A stretch of 64,000 nt of DNA from an uncultured bacterium (lineage in GTDB: Bacteria; Verrucomicrobiota; Verrucomicrobiia; Limisphaerales; UBA8199). The notes below the pieces were generated by a model, which worked only from the letters and a program-made list of their open reading frames with translations, had not been told where the DNA came from and made no database searches. Where the stretch lies: the NCBI GenBank assembly GCA_963749495.1, contig CAVVMW010000010.1:736862-800861 (forward strand), given 5' to 3'. Below are positions 1 through 10,169 of this stretch, in pieces; the first letter of the stretch is position 1; every line of letters begins with the position of its first letter. The position numbers and the translations under genes were made by a program.

Positions 1-83
1 GGCCGGAGAGCGATCGCGCGGTCTTCATAGACTACAAAGAGCGACAGCAGTTTTCCATCGCGTTCCGTCCCAAACGAAAAGCC

Positions 84-330
84 GTGCAAGCTGGAACATC
101 AGTCAGAATAACGAGGACCAAGGCGCCCCGGGGCCTCCCGGTCAACTGCGCGATCGAGGGCATATTGCTCGCGGACGTACAGCTCGGGAAGCCGGTGTAC
201 CTGGCCGGGATGGATCGCAGCGGCGAGCTGGTGGACGGCCTATTCGCGTCAGCGCTGGTGGACGGCGTGTCGCCGCAGGGGTTCACCGCAGCCGGCGCCC
301 TCTACTGCGTCGATCTGTTAGGGGAGCCGG
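84..330 (+). CDS. Small hypothetical protein, probably truncated or fused at its 3' end
   Basis: The first ~80 codons of ORF 84-539 look protein-like. The rest overlaps the glycosyl hydrolase fragment in another frame. Confidence 0.35.
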
Positions 331-337
331 GCGCCGC

Positions 338-1903
338 CGGAATTTCCGGGAGGCGAGCGGGCTGGAACTGCCCCGTTCCAGCGACCCGCAGGACCCGGCA
401 CGTCGCGCCTATATCCTCTGGCGGCAGCAGCGGCTCTTTGACCTGTGGCGCTTGTGGGATGGCGAGGTGCGGAAGATCAACCCCGACTCGTGCGTCATCC
501 CCAACACCGGCGGCGGGGCCACTAGTTCGCTGGACATGAAGCGCATCGGCGAACTGGCGCCCACGCTCATCGCCGATCGCCAGGCCCGCCGCGGCCTGGC
601 CCCACCGTGGACTAACGGCAAAAACGGCAAGGAGTACCGTGCCGCCATGGGCCGCAAGCCCATCGTCGGTATCTTCAGTATTGGCCTCGAAGAGCCGTAT
701 CGCTGGAAAGACAGCGTCCAGAGCGAAGCCGAGATCCGGCTCTGGGTGGCCGACGGCGTCGCCAACGGCCTGCGTCCCTGGTTCACCAAGTTCTCCGGCG
801 TGCTACACGACGAACGCTGGCTCAAACCGGTCGAGGCGCTCTACCGCCGTTACGCGCAATGGGAGAAATACCTGCGCAACGAGCGCCCGCTGGCCCGGGT
901 GGGCCTGGTCTATTCCCAGCAAACCGCCTGGTTCTGCGGCGCCGGTGTCGAGGACCATGCGCTCGGGTGGTACCAGGCGTTGGTGGAAGCGCGCATTCCT
1001 TTCGAGATGGTCCACGACCGCTTGCTCGACCCGGCGCATTTGGGCGCGTTCAAGACCCTCATCCTGCCGAATATCGCGGCGCTCTCGGAAGCGCAATGCC
1101 GGCAGATCCGCGACTTCGCCGCCCAGGGCGGCAGCGTGGTCGCCACCTACGAAACCAGTCTTTACGACGAGTGGGGCGTCCCGCGGAAAGACTTCGGCCT
1201 GGCCGACATCTTCGGCGTCTCGTTCACCGGACGAAGGGAAGGGCCGATGCAGAATTCGTATCTGCGGCTGGAGACGGTCTCGGGCACCGGCAGACGCCAC
1301 CCGCTGCTCGCGGGCCTGGAAGACGCCCCGCGCATCATCAACGGCGCGCGCCGGGTCGAGGTCGCCGCTACGGTGCCTTTTCCCAACCCGCCGCTCACGC
1401 TCGTTCTGTCCTATCCCGACCTCCCGATGGAGAAGGTTTACCCGCGCGTGCCGAAAACGGACATCCCGCAGGTCTATCCGCGCGAGTCCGGCCGCAGCCG
1501 GATCGTCTATTTTCCTTGGGACATCGATCGCATGTTCTGGGAGGTGCTTTGTGTGGATCATTTTAAGCTGCTGCGCAATGCCGTCGAGTGGGCCACCAAC
1601 GAGGACCCGCTCATCACCGTCTCGGGACCAGGGGTGCTCGATGTGACCGTGTGACAGCAACGAGACTCGCTGACCGTTCACCTTGTCAATCTCACCAATC
1701 CCATGATGATGAAAGGACCGATGCGGGAACTCATCCCGCTCGGCGAACAGAAAGTCAGACTGCGCCTGCCGGAGGGGGTACCAGCCCGGCGGGTGCAGTT
1801 GCTGGCCGCCAACCAGCGTCCGCACGCCCAGCGCATCGGACCCTGTTTGCACGCCACCGTGCCTTCCATTCTCGACCACGAGATGCTGGCCATCGAGTTG
1901 TGA
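338..1903 (+). pseudogene. Glycosyl hydrolase with beta-galactosidase trimerisation (GATase-like) domain; 5'-truncated, internal TGA at 1652
   Basis: Motifs RPLARVGLVYSQ, YQALVEARIPF and LILPNIAALS. The frame continues past the TGA (VTV*QQRDSLTVHLVNLTNPMMMKGP) into ORF 1703-1903. The N-terminal part is absent. Confidence 0.75.
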
Positions 1904-1960
1904 CTTCTTGCCATCATACCAGGGGAAGCTGCCCTGCCGGCCGTGGGGCGATCATGAACT

Positions 1961-2728
1961 TCAGACCAGTTCCCGTTCCGCGAAGGCCTTTATTGCTGCC
2001 CCGGCAAACTCGGGCAGTTTCGGGTCATGAGCCTCGTACGCTTTTCGCAGCTCCGAATCCACAATGAACTGGCCGTGACCGGCGTAGGACGTGCGGGTCG
2101 GTGTCCAGAATTGCTTTAGCCATTGGTAGTGCCGGCGTATGCTCTCCTGCACCGCTACGGAATCCGCTAAGAATCCTCGATGCATTCGTTCCACGAGGTC
2201 GCGGCAGATGCCGGCAAAGGCCTTGCCGGACTTCTCCCAGTCGGCTTTGGTCCAGTCCTTCACCCTGGCCCTCGATTGGGCGATCTGTTCCTTCATGCCT
2301 TCGCCGAAGCGCTCAATCAGATGCCGCTCATGGCAGGCTTGCACTTCCGGGCTGAACCCGCCAAACAGTTCCTGGTCTTTCATGGTCTTCATTCCTTTCA
2401 AGTGCTCGATGGTCTTGTCAATCGTCTGGAGCAGCTCTCGCATCCGCGCCAGGTCCTGGCGCAGGACCCGTCGGTGCGATTCCAGGGCCGCGATCCGGTC
2501 GAAGCTCGGCCGGCCAATGATGCATTTGATCCGTTTGAGCTCGAATCCCAGCTCCCGATAGAACAGGATCTGCTGGAGCGTGAGAAGCTGCGGCTCCTCG
2601 TAGAAGCGGCATCCGTTCGCCCCGCGGTAGGCCGGCTTCAGCAGGCCCAGTTCATCGTAAAGATGAAGCGTGCGGACGCTCACGCCCGACATCCTCGCCA
2701 GTTGGTTGACCGTGTAGGCCATCGTCAT
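1961..2728 (-). CDS. MerR-family transcriptional regulator with TipAS C-terminal domain
   Basis: HTH YTVNQLARMSGVSVRTLHLYDELGLLKP, followed by LQQILFYRELGF and a TipAS-like tail. Confidence 0.9.
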   Translation of the reverse strand: MTMAYTVNQLARMSGVSVRTLHLYDELGLLKPAYRGANGCRFYEEPQLLTLQQILFYRELGFELKRIKCIIGRPSFDRIAALESHRRVLRQDLARMRELLQTIDKTIEHLKGMKTMKDQELFGGFSPEVQACHERHLIERFGEGMKEQIAQSRARVKDWTKADWEKSGKAFAGICRDLVERMHRGFLADSVAVQESIRRHYQWLKQFWTPTRTSYAGHGQFIVDSELRKAYEAHDPKLPEFAGAAIKAFAERELV

Positions 2729-2857
2729 TGCTACTTCGGCATCACCATGATGCCAAAGTCTGCACCCAATCTCGGGCCTCACGCAACGTCAGCGTCAAAG
2801 GTTTTTCTGGAGTTTTCCTGTCCGTATGCCGGCCTTCCCGATTAAATGCTCTACAGC

Positions 2858-3215
2858 ATGAAAACGCCACGAATCCTCCAGCTACGGGTGGCCGGTCTCC
2901 TATGGCTTGCGACAAAACTGGTGGCTTCCGGTGAGACTTGCGGCGACCTGAACGTGAGCTTCACCCTGACGCCCGCCGCGACCGGCGAACAAGTCGTCAG
3001 AAGGTCTCTTCCCCTGCCGCGCGGGTTTTTGCACACCAACCAAGCCCTGATCGTCCGCGCGGGCCAGGTCATAGAGCCCGCCGGGTTGCGCGTGCTTTGC
3101 TGGTATCCGGCCACCAACGCGGAACCCCGCACTGCCCGCCGCGCGCTGGTCACCTTCTGCCATCGGTTCGCGAACTCCCAGCCCGTGGCGTTCACGCTCG
3201 AAGCCACCAATGCGA
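2858..3215 (+). pseudogene. N-terminal fragment of a secreted protein
   Basis: Signal-peptide-like start. Protein-like sequence ends near EATNAR, where composition turns AT-rich. Confidence 0.4.
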
Positions 3216-3318
3216 GGGCTTTTCTTCTTGAAGCTGACGGCCTGATTCGATTAAAATTGCTGCATTCGGCAAGAATTGATCGCTGGTTTTATTGGCAACA
3301 CAAAGGAAAGGGCCTTTT

Positions 3319-4661
3319 ATGAATACTCGCGGATTTGGGCCTCGGAACGTCCTCACGGGGACGAGTTGGCTGTGGCTCATTTCTCTCTTATGCCTGTCGG
3401 GCCGCTGTATCGGCCAGACCTACGGCGATTTCAGTTACCTCGTCAGCGGGACTAACATCACCATCACCGCATACACCGGACCCGGAGGGGCAGTCACGAT
3501 ACCTCCGTCAATACCCGGCGTTAACGGCACTGTCACCTCCATCGGGCACGGTGCGTTTGATGGGTGTAGCAACCTGACCAACGTCACCATTCCAAGCAGC
3601 GTCACCAGCCTCGGGGAATCCGCGTTCGCGCTGTGTAGCAGCTTGACCAGCGTCACTAATGGCAACGGCGTCACCGCCATCGGGGACGTGGCGTTCCTTG
3701 GTGCACGAACTTGACCAGCGTGACCATTCCCAGCGGCGTCACGAACATCGGGGTTCAAGCGTTTTCTTGGTGTAGCAGCTTGACCAGCGTTGCCATTCCC
3801 GGCAGCGTCACCTCCATGTGGCGCTATGCGTTTGAGGATTGTAGCGGATTGACCAACGTCACCATTTCCAGCGGCGTCACCTCCATCGGGGACGGTGCGT
3901 TTGAGGAGTGTAGCGGCTTGACCAGCGTCATCATTCCCAGCAGCGTCACGAACATCGGGTTCTGGGCGTTTTCTAGCTGTAGCGGCTTGACCAGCGTCAC
4001 AATTGGCAACGGCGTCACCGCCATCGGCGGCGGTGCGTTTTCTGGGTGTACCAACTTGACCAGCGTCACCATTCCCAACAGCGTCATCTCCATCGGCGGG
4101 GGGCTTGGGAGAGGGATCGTCGCCGGCGCGTTTACTTGGTGTAGCGGCTTGACCAGCGTCACAATTGGCGACGGCGTCACCTCCATCGGGGACGGTGCGT
4201 TTTATGGGTGTAGCGGCTTGACCAGCGTCACCATTCCCAGCAGCGTCACGAACATCGGGGTCTGGGCGTTTTCTAGCTGTAGCGGCTTGACCAGCGCTTA
4301 CTTTCAGGGCGACGCACCGTCAACTGATGGTAACTCGGTGTTCGACAACACGACTACGCAATTCTCAATCTATTACCCTTCAACCGCCTCAGGCTGGAGC
4401 ACTCCGACTTGGAACGGATACCCCGCCCAGCCGTATTACCAGCCGGTTCTGAGCGTGGTGGAGGGCTTGGGGACCGTAACGCCGTCATTCAAGGGGCTTC
4501 TGCTCGGCACAAACTACCAGTTGCAGGTTTCAACCGACCTCAGCACCTGGAGCAACACGGGGCCGATGTTCACCGCGACCAACGCGAGCGAAGCGTACCC
4601 CCAACCGTTTGGTGTGACGAACGGGAACCGCCTTTTCTTCCGGCTCCGGTCGGCACCGTAG
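3319..4661 (+). pseudogene. BspA-type leucine-rich repeat (LRR_5) surface protein, frameshift near 3702
   Basis: 23-aa repeats (CSGLTSVTIPSSVTxIGxxAF) run across ORFs 3292-3714 and 3711-4661. One base is missing at 'ggtgc' (expected ggt tgc). This could be a sequencing error. Confidence 0.85.
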
Positions 4662-4665
4662 CCCG

Positions 4666-5175
4666 TCATCGGCCCACCGCCACGACGAACCATGTGGTGG
4701 CCGGTTCGCCAAGGCGGAACGTCCATCCGTGGCTGGACTGCCGCGCCGGAATCGCCGCGCCCAGCGGACGGCCTGCGCCGTCCAGCGGTTGGACCGAAAC
4801 GCTCCGGGCACTGCGCAGGTTCTTCAACACCAACTCGCCGGTCACCGGATCGATGCATGTCGGCGGCTTTCCCCAAGCCGTGAGCGAAGTGTGCCGGTCG
4901 TTCCACTCCATGCCGGAGTTCGCCACCCGCGCCGTCGCCGTGACCAGCAGGCGGGCGGCGTCGGAGATCGGTTTTCCGTCCAGCGAACTGGCCGTGATGG
5001 CGCAAAACGGCACGTTCACTCCAGCCTGGAGGTTTTCGGTCGCCAGCTGCCGGCCGCCGCAATAGCCAATCAAGGCCTGCGAGCGCGGCGTGTTGACCAT
5101 GACCAAACCGGTACCTTTCCCGGAGCATTGCCAGGCCAGATCGCCCGTGTCCGACTGAATCGGGCTGGTGGCCGC
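4666..5175 (-). pseudogene. C-terminal fragment of a carbohydrate-active protein
   Basis: Motifs SDTGDLAW, VNTPRSQALIG and LLVTATARVANSGMEWN. No N-terminus; the fragment abuts the RAYT-derived element. Confidence 0.6.
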
Positions 5176-5224
5176 GGCTTCAAAGGACCCGGTCGGCGGC
5201 CCTTCGAACGAGCTAAAAACCATT

Positions 5225-5617
5225 GGGGTTATGTCTTGTCATTTGGACAATTGGCATTTGGCGCCGGGATTCCGGGATGATTCCATTGGCCCATGCGACG
5301 CGCGTTGCGCATCGAACGGACGGGCGCGCGGTATCACGTTACCGCCCGCGGCAATGAACGCCAGGACATCTTCCGTGATGACGCAGACCATTTCCATTTT
5401 TTCGTATCCCGGCTACGCCGGCTAGCCCCGGCCGCTGGCGTGGGTCTGGCGCCAGCCGCTGGCCCGGTTATGGGTTTGCGTCAACTGGCGGTTTGGACTA
5501 CGCCGTAGTGAGCAAAGCCCTCGCCCGCTTTGGCCGGCGCCTCGAAGCCGATCCCCGCCTGCGAGAAGAAACAGCCGCAATCTTGGACCGATTGTCCAAA
5601 TGACAAGACATGACCCC
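5225..5617 (+). mobile_element. Internally deleted RAYT (REP-associated tyrosine transposase) element with 27-bp inverted flanks
   Basis: ggggttatgtcttgtcatttggacaat (5225-5251) and its inverse (5591-5617, one mismatch) flank MRRALRIERTGARYHVTARGNERQDIF, which starts at 5293. Confidence 0.75.
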
Positions 5618-5623
5618 GATGGG

Positions 5624-5727
5624 TTATGCCGATCCACGTCATGCAGGAAGCTCTTCTCCCGCCGGTCGCCGCGGCTCATGACATGGTACATCGCTCCTCC
5701 CTATTCGAGACGTAGTTTGCGAGGCAT
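5624..5727 (-). pseudogene. RAYT/Y1 transposase N-terminal remnant
   Basis: MPRKLRLE*GGAMYHVMSRGDRREK, with an in-frame stop and truncation. Confidence 0.8.
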
Positions 5728-5948
5728 GTGTGAAGACTACTCACCAACGCGCCTACCGGTCAACGCAGATATGAACCAATCTATGGCTGACCCCTTCCAC
5801 GCCGGATTGGCCCCAATTCGGCCGGTACCGTGATTCCAGGGTTGTGGGCCCGTGAAAGGGGTCGTCATTAGGGCCAGGTGCGAGAAAAAAACGTTGTCCC
5901 CCCGATTTTCCTCAAGACCGTTTTCGCCGCAACTCTTCCTTCGGTCGG

Positions 5949-6041
5949 GTCTAACGGCGCACACCAGCGACGCGCGGTGACCGGCGTTTGATTGCGACCG
6001 GACTTGTACTCGGCGCGTCCACTCGATGCGCCAGGGTGGCC
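5949..6041 (-). other. attC-like integron recombination site
   Basis: Minus strand reads GGCCACC...CATCGAGTGGACGCG...CGCGTCGCTGGTGTGCGCC-GTTAGAC. It is an imperfect palindrome ending in GTTRRRY, just downstream of gene 6073-6642. The R'' box is degenerate. Confidence 0.6.
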
Positions 6042-6072
6042 ACCGGCCCCGCTGATTCGTGGCGCAGTTGAA

Positions 6073-6642
6073 TCATAATCCGTGTGGCCGGTAGTTAAGG
6101 GTCCCCCAATAATTTACGGAGGTGACGATCTCGCCGGATTCTCGATTCGCTATCACCTGGCCTAAGACGATAAGGGTGCGGTCTCTGTTGGCCCATGATT
6201 TACTGGCAACTTCCATCGAACCGAGGCTGGCAGTTTTCGAGTAGCCGACCTCGCCACTGGTGAAACCCGCTTGCTCCAGCCTCCCAAACCAGTGTTGCAG
6301 CAGTTGTGCCGCATCGGGTGTTGCATCTGTCTCGCCGGCTTGTGCCGGGGCCGGACGATAAACTGCTTGCCGGAAACAATTTCCGCACCAGCCTCCGCTC
6401 GAGTGCATGTAGTCCCTGACATTCTTCTCTGCAGCCTGAAAATCCGTATGTGCCGGAGATGACAACCGGTTGGTAAATGCGAGTTCAAAACCGCGAGGCG
6501 CGTGTGCGGACAGGGCATCGGCCAGTTCCGTAACCGCTTGGTAGTCGCGCAGAAACCGCGCCTCTGTTTGAGAGGTTGTGACGCAGCCTTGTAGTGCCAG
6601 GGCTGCCGCAAATATCGAAATGGCAAGGAGGTTGCGATACAT
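6073..6642 (-). CDS. Hypothetical lipoprotein (gene cassette)
   Basis: Lipobox ALQGC; the gene lies between two attC-like sites. Confidence 0.65.
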   Translation of the reverse strand: MYRNLLAISIFAAALALQGCVTTSQTEARFLRDYQAVTELADALSAHAPRGFELAFTNRLSSPAHTDFQAAEKNVRDYMHSSGGWCGNCFRQAVYRPAPAQAGETDATPDAAQLLQHWFGRLEQAGFTSGEVGYSKTASLGSMEVASKSWANRDRTLIVLGQVIANRESGEIVTSVNYWGTLNYRPHGL

Positions 6643-6661
6643 GTGCTTAATTACTCTTCGG

Positions 6662-6753
6662 GGCTCACGCTCGGCCTGAGCGGCCGAGGTTGAACGGCGG
6701 GCGAACGCAAACAGGACGCGCACCCCGCGTCAGTTGCAGGCCACTCGTTAGGC
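6662..6753 (-). other. attC-like integron recombination site
   Basis: Minus strand reads GCCTAAC-GAGTGG-CCTGCAAC...GCTCAGG-CCGAGC-GTGAGCC. It starts 7 nt after a stop codon; R' is degenerate (GTG). Confidence 0.65.
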
Positions 6754-6760
6754 TCCGTCG

Positions 6761-6954
6761 TCATCTCAAGAACTCCACACCGAGTGCGATGAGGCCGCAC
6801 GCCGCCAGTATCGGCGCCCACCAAACTACCGGAATAAAAAACAGAGTATGCGACTGCCGCAAGACTACCTCGCTGCCGGTCTTAGGGTCAAGCAAAACCT
6901 GTGCTTTCAGGTTCCGGAGATACCGGCCAACAAACCAGGACGTTGCCGCTGAGA
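6761..6954 (-). pseudogene. 3' part of a small membrane-protein cassette gene, cut by the 56-bp repeat
   Basis: SAATSWFVGRYL...LLDPKTGSEVVLRQSHTLFFIPVVWW. Its 5' half is replaced by the repeat. Confidence 0.65.
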
Positions 6955-7010
6955 ACTGATAGGAATTTGCTTTTTCGCCGCCGCGCCGGTTATTGACGCT
7001 TCGCGGGTGA
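6955..7010 (-). repeat. 56-bp IS91-type oriIS repeat, copy 1
   Basis: Identical to 8356-8411 and 9595-9650; contains AAATTCCTATC on the minus strand. Confidence 0.95.
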
Positions 7011-7460
7011 ACTTCGGTTCGGTCAAGTTCAGACCGGTCAGCCGTGCTTGAGGGACTAAAGATGGACTCCTCTCTCAACAGCAGGTTGGGCGCGGTAATC
7101 CACTACGAGGGAGGCTATTTCGCCAGAGCCCATCTCGCCGGGGCGGCGTTCGACACACAGGGGAAGAAGATCCGGGAATTTGGCCCTACCACCTGGGAGG
7201 CGATAGACTCCGGGCATCTGGCTAATTTCGTGGCTGCCACGCGCAGCCGGAAGGTCGCGGATTTGAACGCCGACGTGCTGCAAGGCCATCTCTCCGCCAC
7301 CTGTTGCCACCTGGCAAACACCTCGCATCGCCTGGGCCGGACCGCCGCGCCGGAGGTTGTCGCCGAGCGGATGAAGAGCGATCCGGTATTGTCGGACGCA
7401 GTCGCCCGTTATCACGAGCACCTGCGCGCAAATCAGATCAACTGCGACGTTGCACACTCA
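7011..7460 (+). pseudogene. Gfo/Idh/MocA oxidoreductase C-terminal fragment
   Basis: HLANFVAATRSRKVADLNADVLQGHLSATCCHLAN; begins mid-gene at the edge of the repeat. Confidence 0.75.
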
Positions 7461-7489
7461 ACTTGACACGACTCCAAGCGGCTCGGCGT

Positions 7490-7586
7490 GGGCAGGGTCG
7501 TGTGGGCAGGGTCATGGGAAGGGTCATTGGGAAGGGTCAAGCCTCCACCTTGCAGGCAGCGATCGAGGTAGAGGCTTGACCCCTTT
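7490..7586. repeat. REP-like hairpin preceded by four degenerate GGGMAGGGTC tandem units
   Basis: Stem gggtcaagcctc...gaggcttgaccc, with stuttered units at 7490-7538. Confidence 0.7.
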
Positions 7587-7593
7587 CTCTGTA

Positions 7594-8076
7594 TCAGGTC
7601 CGCAGCGTGGTACCTGCACGCCTTGACCAACTCCAACGCAGCCTTGGCGATGGTAGTAGTTGTCTGCCACAAAAAGCGCACTTGCCGGGCTTGTCGCTGA
7701 TCATCTGGCAGCAACTGGAACCGCAAGCACAAGCGTATTTCCCGCTCAGCCTTACCGTCTTCACATTCCCTTCCATGTAAATGCTCGCCACCGCTGTTGG
7801 CCGACGGAACGGGAGGAGGAGGAGAATCGGCACTGGACCTTTGACTGAGCCGACGGCGACCTCGACCAGGTCGTGGCCGCAGACGCATTTGCCGGGCTTC
7901 AGGGCCACGACGTGGCAGTCGCACCTCGCGCAACCGCAGACGTAGTAGGTGCCACCTGGCCTCGCAGGCAATAAAAAAGATGAAGAGGGAACGGTTTGTT
8001 TGGAGACGCTAGCGCATCCCGCCCCGAACAGGAGGATGCCCAACGCACCAATAATAAGGGTCGATAAGGGCTTCAT
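7594..8076 (-). CDS. Cys-rich heavy-metal-binding-domain lipoprotein, possibly frameshifted
   Basis: Lipobox GAGC and two YxCxC...KPGKCxCG-type motifs. Confidence 0.6.
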   Translation of the reverse strand: MKPLSTLIIGALGILLFGAGCASVSKQTVPSSSFLLPARPGGTYYVCGCARCDCHVVALKPGKCVCGHDLVEVAVGSVKGPVPILLLLPFRRPTAVASIYMEGNVKTVRLSGKYACACGSSCCQMISDKPGKCAFCGRQLLPSPRLRWSWSRRAGTTLRT

Positions 8077-8355
8077 AATGGAGTTGGCTTGTAGCACCGC
8101 CAGGCCGCTGCGTCAAGCGGTGTTCATCCCCGGACCTTCGTCTAATCCGGGCTCATGGCCGTTCACAGTGGCTTTCGGAACACGAGGAAGGACTGATACG
8201 GGAGCAAGTCGGTCCGATTCGCCACCAGGCCAAGCCCTGCCTGCCGCGCAAGGGCCAGGATTTGAGCTTGGGGATCTTGACCGATTCGGGCGGGCCTTCG
8301 GGCAGAGAGCCTTCCTTGAATTGGGGAAAGGAGTCAAGCCCCTGAAAAGTGAAAA

Positions 8356-8411
8356 ACTGATAGGAATTTGCTTTTTCGCCGCCGCGCCGGTTATTGACGC
8401 TTCGCGGGTGA
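8356..8411 (-). repeat. 56-bp IS91-type oriIS repeat, copy 2
   Basis: Identical direct repeat. Confidence 0.95.
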
Positions 8412-8553
8412 TGGCCGCGCAAGAGACCGTACTCAAGGAGCCACGCGGGAACCAGACTGGTACCGCGCCCCAAAGGCCAAGACAGGCAAAAACAAAACTT
8501 ACGCCCAAAAGAACCGCTCGCCGCCACATAGTCGATCGCTGATCAGTTTTCAC
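8412..8553 (-). pseudogene. N-terminal fragment of a membrane or secreted protein, cut by the repeat
   Basis: Hydrophobic leader MWRRAVLLGVSFVFACLGLWGAV runs into repeat copy 2. Confidence 0.45.
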
Positions 8554-8730
8554 GCCTGCAACCTGTCGCCTTCAACTGGACGTCCCGCGTTGCCGCAGCG
8601 ACAAGGAGCGCGACCGGGTTGGCGCCCCTCACCCCTTTGGAAATCGCGGATTGGTCATATCCGTAGGGTCCGCCTCAAGGACAAACGAAGCTGAGGCCGT
8701 TGCACGGCATCAGGGTGCGGTCAGCACGCT

Positions 8731-9576
8731 TCATTTTTTTTCGGCAGATGTGGGCAGCCTGCGGTCCCAGGGGGAGACATTGAGCCGGATTTCGGGCGAC
8801 CGGAAATTCTCTCCCAACCAATAAATCGCATAATTGCCAGGCCGTTCAAGATGGGGGGTCAAGTCCCGGCTAAAGGCGATATGCTCCCCTGGGGCCAAGG
8901 ATGCCCTGCTCGGTTCCCCTGCGGCCCCCGAGAAGATCAACTGCGAATCCTTGAGTTGCTTCCTATTCACAATTATCTCGGATTCTCCGATCTTCGGGTT
9001 GCTGGCTGCGCTGCTCGTGTTGGTCAAGCAGAAGGTAAACCTCAGGTGCCTGGTCCCTTCATCATCAAAGGAATACATTACCCCGAGACTGGCCTGCAGT
9101 GGCTCCGCCGTCGGGGGAATTTTCGTGGCAGACACGGACATCCTGGCCCCATCCGAGGATATATCGAGCACCATTTCCGGCGACCGGAAATCCTCTCCCA
9201 ACCAATAAACCGCATAGGTGCCCGGCTTAAAGTAGGAAATTAGGTCCCTTCCAAAGCGGATACGTTCCCGTGGCTGCAACACTTTCCATCGTCTGTTCCG
9301 AAGTCCTCCCTTGAACATCAACAGGGAATGCTTGAGTTCCTTCCCATTGACAATTAATTTGGCTTGGTCGATCTTCGGGTTGATCGCAGTGCTGCTTGCG
9401 TTGGTCAACGAGAACATAAACATGAGGAGGTTGGTCCCTCGATTATCGACCGTATATTCCGCCCAGAGATCAGCGTGCAATGGATGCGTGGCCAGCACCG
9501 TACCACCTCTAATACTTATGCTCGCAGCCAGTGCACACAAGGAGCAGATCAGAATATCGCATTTGCCTAGCTTCAT
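8731..9576 (-). CDS. Secreted hypothetical protein with two tandem ~120-aa beta-rich domains
   Basis: Signal peptide and a visible internal duplication (FSLTNASS..NPKI..IVN..YWLGExFRSPE, twice). Confidence 0.75.
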   Translation of the reverse strand: MKLGKCDILICSLCALAASISIRGGTVLATHPLHADLWAEYTVDNRGTNLLMFMFSLTNASSTAINPKIDQAKLIVNGKELKHSLLMFKGGLRNRRWKVLQPRERIRFGRDLISYFKPGTYAVYWLGEDFRSPEMVLDISSDGARMSVSATKIPPTAEPLQASLGVMYSFDDEGTRHLRFTFCLTNTSSAASNPKIGESEIIVNRKQLKDSQLIFSGAAGEPSRASLAPGEHIAFSRDLTPHLERPGNYAIYWLGENFRSPEIRLNVSPWDRRLPTSAEKK

Positions 9577-9594
9577 ATGTCAAACGGTAGATTC

Positions 9595-9650
9595 ACTGAT
9601 AGGAATTTGCTTTTTCGCCGCCGCGCCGGTTATTGACGCTTCGCGGGTGA
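9595..9650 (-). repeat. 56-bp oriIS end of the IS91-family element, copy 3
   Basis: Located 235 bp downstream of the transposase stop codon, where oriIS is expected. Confidence 0.95.
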
Positions 9651-10062
9651 GGTAGAATTGGTTTTTTGGCCGCATTCACCGTGGGGGGAATGTGGCCAGA
9701 GCGGCAGGCGCCCGTCAACCGGCAAATTCTGCCGGTTCTTGGGCGTTTTTGGCGGCGGCGGTGTCGGAAGCGGCAGCCAGGGCAGGAAACCGCGCAAGAG
9801 TGGGTTTGGCTACCCCCGGCCGGGCCGTCGGGGGACTGTCGCCGCTCAAGGTTCTTCGGTCCCCAGGGCCTAAAGCTGGCGGCGCTCAATCCGTCAGCAC
9901 ATTCTCGTAATCCGGGGCGGGGTCCACGTCGTCACAGGGTTCGTAGGTATAAGGCCCTGGGGCACCCGGTGGAGAGGGGCCAGCGGCTGGGTCGTGCCAG
10001 GCGCCGAGGTGGCGGAGGATCTTCTCGACCACGCGCGGGTCGTCAATCACCGCGATAACGCG

Positions 10063-10082
10063 CCTGCCTGCCGGCAGGCAGG
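10063..10082. repeat. 20-bp perfect palindrome insertion CCTGCCTGCCGGCAGGCAGG
   Basis: Inserted at ATG|CGC of the transposase; no target duplication. Confidence 0.92.
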
Positions 10083-10138
10083 CATCGGGTTTTGGCAGAC
10101 GGGACAGCATAGCGGGTCAACATGCCAGACGCGGAGGA

Positions 10139-10169
10139 TCCGCCTTCGCTAAAGCTACGGCGGGACAGG
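10139..10169. repeat. 31-bp hairpin insertion (minus strand CCTGTCCCGCCGTAGCTTTAGCGAAGGCGGA)
   Basis: Removal restores WRDLILRVWHVDPL. Confidence 0.88.

Noticed and set aside
1652..1654. In-frame TGA at a probable Trp position, suggesting genetic-code reassignment
   Set aside because: Many intact genes here end in TGA and use TGG for Trp. The gene is also 5'-truncated, so a nonsense mutation is the simpler explanation.
3540..4300. Near-identical DNA repeats as a diversity-generating retroelement template/variable pair
   Set aside because: They are explained by LRR coding repeats, and there is no reverse transcriptase in the window.
8236..8247. Partial CCTGCCTGCCG match to the 20-bp palindrome
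   Set aside because: Only a half-site, which is plausible by chance in GC-rich DNA.
8540..8730. Possible further attC site
   Set aside because: No convincing paired R and L boxes.
6955..9650. 56-bp repeats as a CRISPR array
   Set aside because: The spacers exceed 1 kb, there are no cas genes, and the repeat matches an IS91 oriIS.
9633..9658. TTGACG...TAGAAT promoter on the + strand
   Set aside because: The spacing is only 14 nt.
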